Assembly: GCA_013239625.1 (NCBI GenBank)
Contig: MU053652.1
Location: 2,048,001 to 2,112,000, forward strand
DNA length: 64,000 nt
Direction: 5' to 3'
Origin: Lama guanicoe
Taxonomy: Eukaryota
The position numbers and the translations under genes are program-made. Below are positions 11,396 through 23,029 of this stretch, in pieces (positions within the stretch are counted from its first letter, which is position 1; every line of letters starts with the position of its first letter). Below the pieces are notes generated by a model. That model made no database searches, was not told where the DNA came from, and saw nothing but the letters and a program-made list of their open reading frames with translations.

Positions 11396-13439
11396 TAAAA
11401 CCTGGTAAAACCCCAAATGCCAAATAAGTAGAAAATCTGAGATGATCTCCGGAGTTCCTCCATGCTCACAACATTTACCGGCTTACAGTGTCTCAAAGGA
11501 ACTTCCATGTCACGTCTACACCAGGTGGGGAGGTTGCCGCCTTCTGAGCAGTTCATCATGGCCCCGCTTCTCCCTGCCTCTGGAGGATGGTCCTGGGCCT
11601 CCCCAGGCTGGCCACTGCCCACTAGCCCTTTGCCACAGTGCCTCCTTGGCCCATGTTCCCACGGTAGCCCTCAGGGAGGATGATCCCCAGGGCGCTCCAA
11701 GCCTAGAGCCCCTCTTTAGTTCCCACACCCACCTTAGTTATGCTCCAACGTGCTCCCTGGGGCACAACTGCTGTGCCAGGCTGCTGAGTCCTGAAGGGCT
11801 TCTGATCTCAGCCACCTGCTACACACAGACCTGCCCTCCTCTGTCATCCTGGGCTCTTCCTCATTGGCCCATGTTCTTTCATTCTTCAAGTTTTTTTTTT
11901 CCTGGACCCTCATTGCTCCCCCTCTTCCAGCAGGCTTGGATGGGAAGCTCTCTAATTTATCTTTAACAGGTTTCCCTGGCTTTGAACTTAGGAAGCAGGG
12001 ATTGGGGTGTCTGTCCTCCCTATGCAGAAGGCCCTCTGTGCTCCTTTGGGAAATGAAGTCAACTTCTGCAGTGACCAGCTTTTCCAATCCCAGCAGAGAC
12101 ATCCTTGCTTGGGTCACAGGAGGTGTTTTTAATACCCTGACTGCAGAAAGATGGCTTCCTACTCTCCATTCAATTGCCCAATTAGAAGATAACTCAGGTA
12201 ACCCTATGCTAGATAAAGGACAGCATTTCTCATATACATAATAAGCTATGAAAATAATAAAGGACTACAAAGTGGCTAATCAGGACAAGGATGTGTACAA
12301 TGTCCTGCAAATAAGGGTGGAGCTGCAGAATGCAGGACCATAACCCAGGAAGAAGCAGAGGTTTCACCCTGACATCTCACCCCGGCTCAGTTATCTGCAT
12401 CACCCACCTGCTCAGTGGAGGCTAACGAGCTATGTAGACATTGGTAGTTTAGAGGCTCCCTGTGACAACATCCTTCTTTCCCCAGCTCCATTTTTGGCTC
12501 TTTTAGTTCCCTGAAGCACCCTCTAAGCAGGGATCAATTAAAAGTGGGGGTGAGGATGGACTAGGGAAATAGATCTCAGAGGCCCCGGAGTCCCTTTGTC
12601 TGAGAAATCATTTTTTGCCCTACCTCTCTCCACGTCTCTCTCCTCCCACTCCCAACTCTTGCCTCTGGAAGTCAGGGAGGGGCAGACACTGAGCAGGTGG
12701 CCCTGGCTGGTGCCTGAGCTGGTGGCAGGTTGGGCGGGAAGACGCTTGTCAGCATATGGGCCAAGGGAACACATGGCCCCGAGTTCCTGGGGACAGGAGG
12801 CGAACAGATAGGAGCAGATGAACTGCTAAGCAACAGGGTTGGTAATTTCAGCCAGGGAACTTTCCAGTGATAGGAAATAAGGGAAGGCAGCCAGTGGGGG
12901 AGCACAGGAAGCGAGGCTGGGGATCAGTCGCTCATCTCCGCACAGTGATATCTCTGTTTACTTTCTTTTAAAAGTAAAACGCTCTTCTGGTAGGATGCTT
13001 TTGCTTTTCCCAACTTGCAGAGCCAGGAACAACAGAAAACCATCAACACACATCTTCACTGTCCCTAGAGGATAAAGTTCCTCAAACTCGCATTTAAATG
13101 ATTTCTGAGCTAGAGGAGGCACAGTGGCTGAACTTAAACACAGATTAACATACAGGGAATGGAGCTGCTAGGGGGCGGTTAAAAATAGCACAGAAGGAAG
13201 AGCACCAGGGTGTTCACGGTGGTTGTCTCCGGGTGATGGGATCTTGGGTGATTTTTCTTCCTTCTTTCGTACTTTTCATGTTTTTATGATGTGCACGAGG
13301 GTTTTTAAAAATAATTTTAGAAAGCTGTGTAAAACTTAGACAAAGGCAACACCAATTAATAAAAAGAGGAACATCTGTGGATGGGGGCTTCCAGAACCTA
13401 CCATGGGGCAGAATCTAGGGGGGATCTTTTATGTCTGTT

Positions 13440-13592
13440 ATTTGAGTCAATCGTCACAAGCACCCTGCAGTATTAATCATACCCCCTGTCCTGAGGAGGA
13501 AACTGAGACTTGGGGGATGTAATGAGTTTGTCTAAAGTGACATAAATGATAACTGGCCAAGTGAGATTTTGGCCCAGGCCTGTCTGACGTCA
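13440..13592 (-). mobile_element. MIR SINE
   Basis: gaggaggaaactgagact ... gagattttggcccaggcctgtctgac resembles reverse MIR. Confidence 0.7.
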
Positions 13593-13620
13593 GGCTGTGT
13601 CTGACGTCAGGCTGTGTCTG
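13581..13620. repeat. 17-bp tandem repeat (TGTCTGACGTCAGGCTG, two copies plus a partial third) containing two full CRE palindromes
   Basis: Exact copies at 13581-13597 and 13598-13614. TGACGTCA at 13585-13592 and 13602-13609. Confidence 0.95.
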
Positions 13621-13699
13621 GGAGTGGCCAGTAGTGTCCATATTTGTCTTCTTGCTGGGTGTTTATTCTTAACAAATAACTTCACAATAAAAAGACCTA

Positions 13700-13875
13700 G
13701 GTAAGGACTCAAAGTGCCAAGGCCCTGAGTGGAAATGTGCCTGGTGTGTTTCGGAAGGAGCCAGGAGACCAGGGCAGCTGGAGCAGAGGGAGCAAGAAAT
13801 GATAAGTAGGAAGAGAAACCAGAGGCAGTGTGGCTGGATCCCGCAGAACCTGTAGACTGCCAGGAGAGTTTTGGA
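13700..13875 (-). mobile_element. L2 LINE fragment
   Basis: caaggccctgagtggaaatgtgcctggtgtgttt ... gcagctggagcagagggagcaag resembles reverse L2. Confidence 0.7.
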
Positions 13876-15639
13876 AAAACTCAAGGTTTCCACTCCTGCT
13901 GATACGCCCGTGGCTCAGCATGGTTTCCTCGACACCCTAGGTTTTCGTGATCTTTCAACACAAACACCTGCCAACCAGAAAGTTCTGCTTCTCTTTACTA
14001 CAAATTTCCAAGAGTGGGTGTCTCGTTGGCTGAGCCCAATCCAGGCACTTCATTAAGTGAGGTCCTTGTCTTCTTGGTCAGGGTTCTGGCTGTGGACTGG
14101 CTGCCCCATCTTTGGCTGGGACTCTGGCTGGTCAGGCAGTGACAGACATCCCGTGAGGAAAAGCTTTGAATGGGATCTGGATTATCTGTGGGATCCGGGC
14201 AGTCAAGTCAGAGCCAGAATCAAGTCCATGGGAGAAAGTATCACCTGCTGTTTCCCATTCTGCACTTGTCCCTGGAGAGTACCTGTCAGAAGGGGCACTG
14301 GAAAAGGACAAAGTCCTCTGTATACTGTGGGCAATTTGATTCTAGTGAAGGATGAGACCAGACAGGGAGAAAACATCTTCATCTGTTGATTTACTTGAAA
14401 TTACAATAAAGACGAAAACACACCCTAGTGGATGGAAAAGATTCAGAATCTAAATCTGCTGCATCTATCTAAAACAAAACAAAAAAATTTTTTCTACTTC
14501 TTATCACCTGGTCTCTCGAAAACCTTGTCCCTGAGTTTGCTCATGTAGCACACAATTAATTTTCTAAGCATCAAGGAAAAGCTTCTGTGAACCCTGGGAC
14601 TGAATTCTCATTCTAATTTTCTCAGCTGGGGGATGGCACAGCCTCCTGCCTCTCATACCAAGCCAACTGCCCCTCAGAAGCCTCTACTGGCTGAAAACAA
14701 GAGACAATCAGCGTAGAGCAAGGGGCTTGTGAAGGTCGTGCACAGGGCTCAGTCGTTCCTGCCATCCCTGGGCCCAGGCCCTGCATCAGGCATCCTTCCC
14801 CTGAGCCCCTACAGACACCACACAGAGAGAGAGCAGGGCAGGTCAGCAGAAGGGCAATTGCCTCGTCTGTTCTCTTCCCTCCCGGGAGCCCCCCTTGTCA
14901 GGCGGTCCCTGATCTCCCCTTAGCAGCGCGTAAATCCATCACTTGCCATTCTGGTTTTTACCAGGTCTGAATTTCCTAGTGTCAAGAAGTCCCACTTTCT
15001 CTCTATCAAGTTCATGTCTCTTTTTGTGGAGGGAAAAGGACTGAAGTCTCCAAAACAGTGTTTTCTCTTCATACAACAGCGGGTGCCTCTGTGGCTGCTT
15101 TCTCTCCTCCCCAGCGCAGAGCCCAGATTGACCATCGTGGAAACGCAGGGCACCGCGCAGCAGCCCTGGCGAGGTCCCACTGCCTCGTTTAATTACTAGC
15201 CACGCTGCCCGGCTCACTTTCCCCACCCACCTGGGCCCTGAGCCTAACCCCCAGCTCTCCCCTCATTGACTCACAGTCAAGCCCAGAGATCGGACCCCCA
15301 CTGCTGAATGAAGAGCTCAGCTGTAGAACAAGGACTAGGGTGGGCAGCCGTCCCCGGGACACGACAGACCTTTGGGTGCCATGCCCTGGGTCAGACAGGC
15401 CCAACTCCAGCCAAACGGAAAGACATTCGCCTCCAAGACACCAGCCTATTTCTCTCGCACTCTTCCTGGCCTCCCCCACGGAATAAGGTTTTGATAGCTT
15501 CTGTGACACCCAGCCCTCCCCAGCTCATCCCCATGTAACACACAACTCTCCTGGCTGTTTGCACTTTCAAGACAGTATCCTTGAGTAGCAAAAGATGTGC
15601 TTTGCTTTACGTTAAAGGAATCACAAGAGAAGACAAGTT

Positions 15640-16600
15640 GAAGAGGTACTTTGAAGAATGCCTTCTCCACAGTTATAAGTGAAAAGTGCTTTAGTGAATA
15701 TATACATATATTCATAAATACATAGTATGTCCACATACACATAAATACATATATAAATATAATACTGATTACTTACATAAGATAATTACCCAGAAGTGGG
15801 GCTGCTGAATCAAATGGCATGCCCATTCTTTTAAAGTTTTTCACTCAGTCAAGATTGTCCAATAGTCCTTCAGAAGGATTATACAAATTCACCTTCAAAG
15901 CAGCAGAACATGAGTACACTTTTCCCCACAGACCGCTAACACAGACTATAGTTAATGGAGGTTTTTCCTCTGTCTCTAAAATAGCTTTATTGATGAATAA
16001 CAGTATTTTGCTTTAATGAGAATATCTTCCTTTACTTGTAGAGTTGAATATGTTTCATATTTTCATATTTGCTATGTTAAATCTCTTTTTAAATTGCCTA
16101 TTTATTTCCTTTGCTTTTTCTATTAAGATGATTCATCTTTTATTTAAAAATTAATTTTAGGAGATCTTTTTATAGTAAGTATATTCACCCTTCGATATGG
16201 ATGTTACAGAAGTGTTTTTCAGTTTATCATTTGCCTCTTTATTTGTTGATGGCATTTCCACATACACAATACATTTATGTCATCAAATTTATCAGTCATC
16301 TTCTTTATGGTTTCTGCCTTTAGAATCACACTTAGAAAGTCATTCTACACCCTTAGATTATATTATAATCATATCAATATTTTCTCTTAGGACATTCACT
16401 TTACAATGAAATCTTTAATCCATCTGGAATTTATTAAGGTAAATTATGCAGACAGAAATCTTATCACATGCTAAAGTCTGGTATATATATTTGGGGCTGT
16501 TTCTGAGTTTTAATTGAAATCCATTGATCTGTTGAACTATTAATATGTTATTATTACAATCCTCTAATTTCGATGGTTGAATAATACATTTAACATGAAG
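15640..16600 (-). mobile_element. Ancient L1ME fragments
   Basis: cccagaagtggggctgctgaatcaaatgg, aaattgcctatttatttcctttg and aaatctttaatccatctggaattt are reverse old-L1 ORF2 motifs. Confidence 0.8.
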
Positions 16601-16649
16601 AGTTCCATTTCAGGAATGACGCTGACAAAAGCCAGAAAGCACTTACAAA

Positions 16650-17090
16650 AGTGGAGCTAGAAAACCACTTCATATAGAAAATAGTTTTAAAACTAAGAAC
16701 ATTTAACTTTGAGAAGCGGATTCAATTCCTGTCAAAAGTAGGAACTCAACAAGTAACCTAAGGGGGCTACTTCATAGCTAGTTTTCAAGTAGTTAAAGGT
16801 CCGTTATATGGATTGGAATAACTCTGGATGACTCTGGAGGAAAGAATGAGGGCTAATTTGTAAAAAATACTAGAAGAAAAATTTGATTCAACAAGGGACC
16901 CTCAGTTGTTCAGCAAGAGAACAGGCTGTCTCAAAGGAGGGCAGGGACAGAGGAGTCAGCTCCTCTTCAATAAAAAGAGTGAAAAAAAATAGGTAACTAA
17001 TTTTTCCAGGATGCAGTAAAAGGGTCATTTTCCACACATATGTGTCTGGGCTATCTGAAGGACATTCAAACTCTGAAATCCTGGCATCTA
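16650..17090 (+). mobile_element. CR1/L3 LINE 3' fragment (ancient)
   Basis: Degenerate L3-like motifs (gaacatttaactttgagaag, gttttcaagtagttaaagg, gaacaggctgtctc). Confidence 0.45.
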
Positions 17091-17899
17091 CAATCTTATT
17101 ATCCTAAAAAAAAAATACAGAAGCCAACCTCGTAACGTTACTGACATCTAGCCTCAGCACTGAGTGATCCCTAAGGCAGCCCAGCTGAGCCATTTGTTTT
17201 CCGAAACCTTAGAAGCGGTGGTTCATTTTTCCTTTGTGAGGTGGTGTGTGCAGGGCTGGGAGTGGGCTGCAGTATATAAAGCAAATAGAGGTTCCCACAG
17301 AGCCCTCTTCCTTGTTTACACTTTTAGGTGTGTCTCAGGGTGCGACAGGGTACCAAGGGCCATGTCCCCAAACAGCAAGAAAACTGTGGCCCCAGAAGCC
17401 CGGGATCTCATTTTCCTCCTGCTTCTCCAGACACCACGGCACTGGGCACAAGTCCGATCTGTCCCCCCATCACCTCCGCGGGGCGTGGGGAAGAGAACTT
17501 CCTTTAATGCCTCAGTAAAATATTCTGAGGTCTCGGAAGCTGTCCTATTCAAATGCAGTGGTTTTATCTATTATTTATCTCATGGCTTTCAGAGAGGCCA
17601 TGTCTCAGCGGCACGAAGAAGAGAAGCAGATCTTTGAAGCAGCCTTCCTTGGGCTGGTTTCCCGTGGGAGTACGCAGGAGCCCGGAATGGGAGAGGGGAG
17701 GTGTCTTCCCTCTGGGGCTAGCATCCCTGTGCAGGGTGAGGACACTGGCACAGCGAGTGTCCACTCACCTAAGCGCCGTGGCTGTCATATTCTGAAGACC
17801 CATGGTTCTGACTTCAGTAAAGGCGTTAAGCAGATAGGGAAAGCGCTACATAGTCCACCACAGTCACCAAAGCCCATGGGCCGTCTGGGGTAAAGACGC

Positions 17900-18280
17900 T
17901 TTGTGGGCACAAGGCAGAAAGTGAGCCGTACGAGATGCTACAAACTATTAAGCTGGAAATAATTCAGTATTAAAATAGAAAGAGCAAAGTATGTGGGCCT
18001 GATAAACAGAAGGCCAGGCACAAAAGATCTGTATTAATCCATGTATATAATATGTTAAAACAAACTAATTTTTGGTGTTGGAGTCAAGGTTATCCTTTCA
18101 GGAGGGGAGATGGCAGAACCTGGAATGAGGGACCTGCGGTTTCTGGGATGCTGGTAATATTCTGTTTCTTAACCTAAGGGCTGGTCACTTGGGTGTCCTC
18201 GATTTGTGAAAATTCATTTGAGTAGTGCATTTATGATTTATGTACTCTTTTGGATTTGTTATACTTTAATAAAAAATTCC
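17900..18280 (+). mobile_element. L1MC-type 3' UTR fragment
   Basis: ttctgggatgctggtaatattctgtttctt ... tttgtgaaaattcatttgag ... ttatactttaataaaaa. Confidence 0.75.
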
Positions 18281-19224
18281 GAACAAGAGGGGGGTTAAAA
18301 AAAAAGAGGTAGGTTTTTTCTCCCCCCATAGGGTACTGATTAAATTGGCAAATACACCAAAAATGAGGGATTTTTTTAATAATCCAAAACAAGAAGGCGG
18401 CGGTAATTGGCACTTCTCAGCACTGTTCTGAGGGCTCCCACAGTTTTGTGCCATTTCAATCTCCTAACAGTATAAAGGGAGTGATGCTTTCCTCAATTCT
18501 GCAGTGAAGGGTACAGAAACGCTGGGAGATTCTGTGAGAGAACAGAATCACACAGCTGGGAAGTCTGGGTCTTCTGGACCCAAATCCGAGGCTCAAGTTT
18601 TCACTAAATATTTACAATAGAGAGAGCAAAGTTATTCCCCCCAAAAACCCAAGAAGGAGAAGAGAGCTCGATTTAGACCCGCTCCAGGCTTAGAAACTGA
18701 AATCCGTGGCGCCAAGGAGATTTTGCAAATCAGGGAAGAGTCCAAGTGCTCCCAGGGACCCACCCCTCTCGGCTCGGTGCAGCGCTGGAAATTCACCTTT
18801 GGGAGCCCTCTGTCACCGGACCAGAAGGATCCCTCCAGCTAGAGCCACAGCTGAGTCATGGTGCTTCACAGACGCCTCTCAAGCCAGAGAGGGGGAAGGG
18901 AGTGGGGAGAGATGCAGAAAACGCAGGTGGCCTGTCCCAATTCAGACACTTAATCAGATCAGTTAAGCAGAAACATGGGCCTCCGACAAAATTAAATTAT
19001 GGCTTCTTCATGCCCTAATGGAAAGTTCATTGCCCCAGGCTTCAGAAAACTGTTCCAGTTACTGGCTCTGCCATTACGTATCTTTTCTAACCTCTCTGGA
19101 CTTCATTTTCTTCATCTATAAAATGAGAAATTTAAAAGGGATTTTTCTCTATGTCCTTTCCAGCCCAGATTTACGACCTAGAATACTGGGGTTCAAGTTT
19201 CTTCCTGGAAAAGGATTCTAACCC

Positions 19225-19376
19225 CAGGTTGGAGCACAGGATTTAGACTCAGGGAACCTGAGATTAAGTCTTGACTCAAAGTAGGGTATTTTGTGATTTT
19301 CTTTGGCCTCAGTTTCCTATTCTGTAATATGGGCAGAAAAACACTCCTAGAGGATTGTTATCAAGATTCAATGAGC
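19225..19376 (+). mobile_element. MIR SINE (host of two later insertions)
   Basis: ggcctcagtttcctattctgtaatatggg ... gaggattgttatcaagattcaatgag. Confidence 0.7.
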
Positions 19377-19549
19377 AGCAACAAGTTTCTACTATATAGC
19401 ACAGGTAACAATATTCAATATATTGTAGTAACCTATAATGAAAAAGAATATGAAAAATAACATGTATGTATATGTATGACTGAAACTTAATGCTGTATAC
19501 CAGAAACTGATACATTGTAAACTGACTATACCTTAATTAAAAAAAAAAA
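19377..19549 (+). mobile_element. Short L1 3'-end insertion with poly(A), related to the 10081-10701 element
   Basis: Aligns to 10520-10690 (aatttcttctgtatagcacag...tatgactg..acattatgctgtacaccaga...taactgactatac). Poly(A) at 19539-19549. Confidence 0.9.
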
Positions 19550-19566
19550 GATTTAGTGAGCGAGGT

Positions 19567-19720
19567 GGGGAGGGTATAGCTCAGTGATAGAGTGCGTGCT
19601 TAGCATGCACGAGTTCCTGGGTTCAATCCCCAGTACCTCCATTTAAAACAACAAAAAGTAAATAAACATAATTATCTCCCCCACCCTAAAACAAAATGAA
19701 TAAAGACACATTTTTTTAAA
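19567..19720 (+). mobile_element. Vic-1-type tRNA-Ala-derived camelid SINE
   Basis: ggggagggtatagctcagtgatagagtgcgtgcttagcatgcacgagttcctgggttcaatccccagtacctcc carries Pol III A and B boxes and is followed by an A-rich tail. Confidence 0.9.
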
Positions 19721-19736
19721 AGACTGAATGAGTTAA

Positions 19737-19932
19737 GGAATGGTTCTCAAACTTGACCCTGCACAGAATCAGATGGTGGGGCGAGGGGTGCAGGGAAGTG
19801 AAGCTTATCAGGGCCCTACTCCCAGTACTTTTGACATCAGGCCTGGAATGGGGGCCAGGAACTTGCATTTCTGTCACATCCCCAGGTGATGCTGCTGCTG
19901 CTGGCCCCAGGATCACACTTTGAGGACCCCTG
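19737..19932. mobile_element. MER5A-like hAT-Charlie MITE
   Basis: Terminal inverted motifs tggttctcaaact ... cactttgaggacccctg and internal ttgcatttct...tccccaggtgatgctgctgctgctgg. Confidence 0.85.
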
Positions 19933-20519
19933 AGTTAATGTATTTAAAAGCTCATAATAGAGTATGAATCTGAAATGTTCTGGCTCAGTCTCAATGGGAA
20001 ATGGTTTCTCAGTGCTAAAAATACAGCCATACTGGTGATTCATGTTCTCATCTGACAAGCAGTTGGGGTATAAACCAATGTCCCCAGGCTCTTTCAGCCT
20101 GTGGGTTCTGTCGGGATAGTATTAACACGGATAACCAGTTTTACTGTCTCAGCCCCCAGCCTACAAAGTCTGGACCAGATATTTATTTGGGAGACTCCGC
20201 CCGTCTGCACATGGTCTCATGTTCTTCTCTGAGGTTCTTCCCTTGTCGATGTGGCTCCTCCCTACACCCCAGACCACTCAGTAGCATTCCCTTGTCACAG
20301 GTGGTATGCTCTGGAAGACGATGCTTTCCTGGGGGCTCTCTCTCCAAGGTGCTGCAGCTTCAAAACCCTGAATGCACTATATCCCCTGCAGCCCTCCCAG
20401 AGGCATCATCTCCTCACAGAAACTCAAGAATGGCCCTCTGTTCAACGCTGCTGCCCTTGTCACCCAAGCCCTGATATAACACTGTTGGTGTCCTTCATGG
20501 AAATATTCCACGGCAGAGA

Positions 20520-20888
20520 CCATATTTGTCTCACGAAGTCCCCTTTCTTTTCCCATGACTGTATTCCAAGTTTCTCTTGCAATTAAGTTGGGGCCATGTG
20601 ATTAATTCGGACTTATAAGGGGCAATGATGTGTGTGCAACTTCTGGGCCAAATCACCAAAGAGGAGCTGTGATTTCTCCATGCCCTCTGCTCCCTCTGCA
20701 GGGGTGTGGGCGCTACATGTTCCAGAGACATAGCAGATGCAAGTGACCTGGATTCATTCCCAAGTCGCCGACAGAGTGGAGCAGCCTCGGGGACAGACGG
20801 CCAACAATGACTTAGTGAGAAACAAACCTTTATGTGTTAAACCACCGAGATTTTTCTCCACAACACAATGTAGTCCAACCTAAGACAG
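20520..20888 (+). mobile_element. MLT1 (ERVL-MaLR) LTR, old subfamily
   Basis: cttgcaattaagttggggccatgtgatt ... gtgagaaacaaacctttatgtgttaaaccaccgagattt. Confidence 0.75.
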
Positions 20889-22929
20889 AGTTCCTTTAGC
20901 TTTGTTTACGAATCCGTCCTCTCTAGGGCTTGGCCAAAAACTAAGTACGAGGCCAGAGAACAGACACAGTGAAGTCCTTCCCACCTCCACATCTTTCCCA
21001 TTTTCCCCTGAACACGTTTCCCTCTTACTCTACACAAATAGCACCTGCAGATTCCCAGGGGAACAGCATCATATGCCTACTGCTCAGGCAATCAATCATA
21101 TTTTAAGTCTCAGTAAGAGCTGGTTTGTGGTGGTTGTGGTGGTGGTGGTGATGATGATGTGTGTGTGTGTGTGTGAAACTGGACAATGGGGTGATAACAG
21201 TTTAGCACTGACTATAAACCAATCCCCAGAATATGATGCCTACACCTGAGAATGGTCTCTGTAGAGAGAATCACCTGTTCAGGGGTGACTGTATGGCTTC
21301 CTTTGGGGGACAGTCCCACCACAGAGATAAAACATGCTGATTCCCTTCAATCTGCAGTAACGAGGCAAGACGGGACATTGGGATTGCTCATCACCTCATT
21401 TCAACATCCTTCAGTGGAAATGCCCTTAGTATCTTGCTGAGATCCTGGCACATGTGCATGGATCTGATTCTGGTAAACCTTTACTAGTAGTAAATGGTCT
21501 TCAGAGTAAAGAGAAAATGAATGCATGGCTGAACAAATGAAGTCTAGACTAAGAACACCGTAGCCCAGAGTGCTCTGACCCAGTAGACGTGGTGGGGCCA
21601 GGACAGATGTGTGGGAAGAGAGTGTAGGTTTTCCAGAGTTTGGGCCAAACTGAGGGTGGGCAAGTTCAGTATGTCTGCAAGAGGCCAACAGACAGACCCA
21701 CCATAGTTAGGCCACATTTCTGCTCAGCCATTCCTTAGGTCAAGGGAGGTGGCCGCATCTATAAGACAGACAAATTGTTGGCAAGTTTGCCTCGGGAATA
21801 GAAACTGTTCACCATCTAATAATACTTCACTTTTTAAAATAGTTTTCTTCCCTCCCTTCAACATTTTGCATGTCCTTATTATATCTTATCCTTACAACTA
21901 TGCTGTCTGGTAGACAGAGTAAAAATGAGGGGCAAAATAGGAACTATTTACCTGGTCTCCAATAATTCCAGGTACTGTGTGCAAGACAAATGAACTCATT
22001 TAATCCTCATTTTGTGAGAAATGTTATCTTTAGTTGTAAATTGAGAAACTACAGTCCAGAGACGGTAACTCACCCACTGTTACATAGGCAGGGATGGCGG
22101 GACCCAGATTCCAAGCCAAGTATGTATGGCCTCAATGTCCATGCTTTTTGCATGGGCATTATTATATTTGCTGTCATACAGCAAATCACTGATACAATCA
22201 GGTCCAGGAACAGTTTCTACTAATTCCCCTGATACTTAGCTCTGAGCTCTGTTTGGCAAGTCGTAGTGCATCTTACTGTAAATCAAACAGGTTCCACCCA
22301 CCACCACCCAAACAAGCCCCACAGTGCCTGATTGTGGACGGCAAGCCCTTGCCCGCCTCCCACTGCTTCCCCACCCCCGCCCCACCCACTCCCGGTGCCT
22401 GCCAAGCTCCAAGGTACAGAACAAAGGCATTTTAGAGACCACTTACATAAAACAACACCCAGGACCCAGATTTTAAGATTATATCCATAACACTTTCCTA
22501 TTATACTACTCTCATTCAGAAACAGTAAAAATTAAGGAGTAAAATTGTTCTACATTTTTAAGTTAAGCATTTGTACCCTGAATATTTCTCAAGTTCATTT
22601 GAGATAGTTTATGAAATAAAATAGTATATGAAATAAGATAATGGGAAAAAAAAAGACATTCAAAAATCAGGTAAATAGGGGTTATCAAGCACTCAAGATG
22701 AGTTAATTATCACTGCTGAGCCTGAAATTTCGCTGCATTTCCTAGCAGGTAATTCATAAAGAGGAAACATGGCTCTCATTATCTAATGATAATAATTTTT
22801 TAAATAATTAGTCTTTTAAAACTGCATGTCTATGTATGTATGTGTGTGTGCAAGCACATCACTGATTTCAAAGAGAAATGTTCCCTGTGATTATTTGTAT
22901 ATGAGACAATCGAACCACGAGTACTAGTT

Positions 22930-23025
22930 TTTCTTTCCTCCATCCTTCCTTCTCCTCCTTTCTCTTTCTCTTTTCTTTCTTTCTTTTTCTTCCTTCTCCT
23001 CTTCCTCCTCCTCCTTTTTCTTTTG
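22930..23025. repeat. Polypyrimidine (CT-rich) low-complexity tract
   Basis: Directly visible. Confidence 0.9.
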
Positions 23026-23029
23026 TTTA

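Noticed and set aside
17769..17884. Minus-strand AG...GTGAGT exon-like segment
   Set aside because: It has stop codons in all three frames, and nothing else supports it.
19567..19640. tRNA-Ala-like sequence (also at 32861, 45404 and 51914)
   Set aside because: These are SINE heads with extended 5' ends, mutated stems, A-rich tails and TSDs, not tRNA genes.
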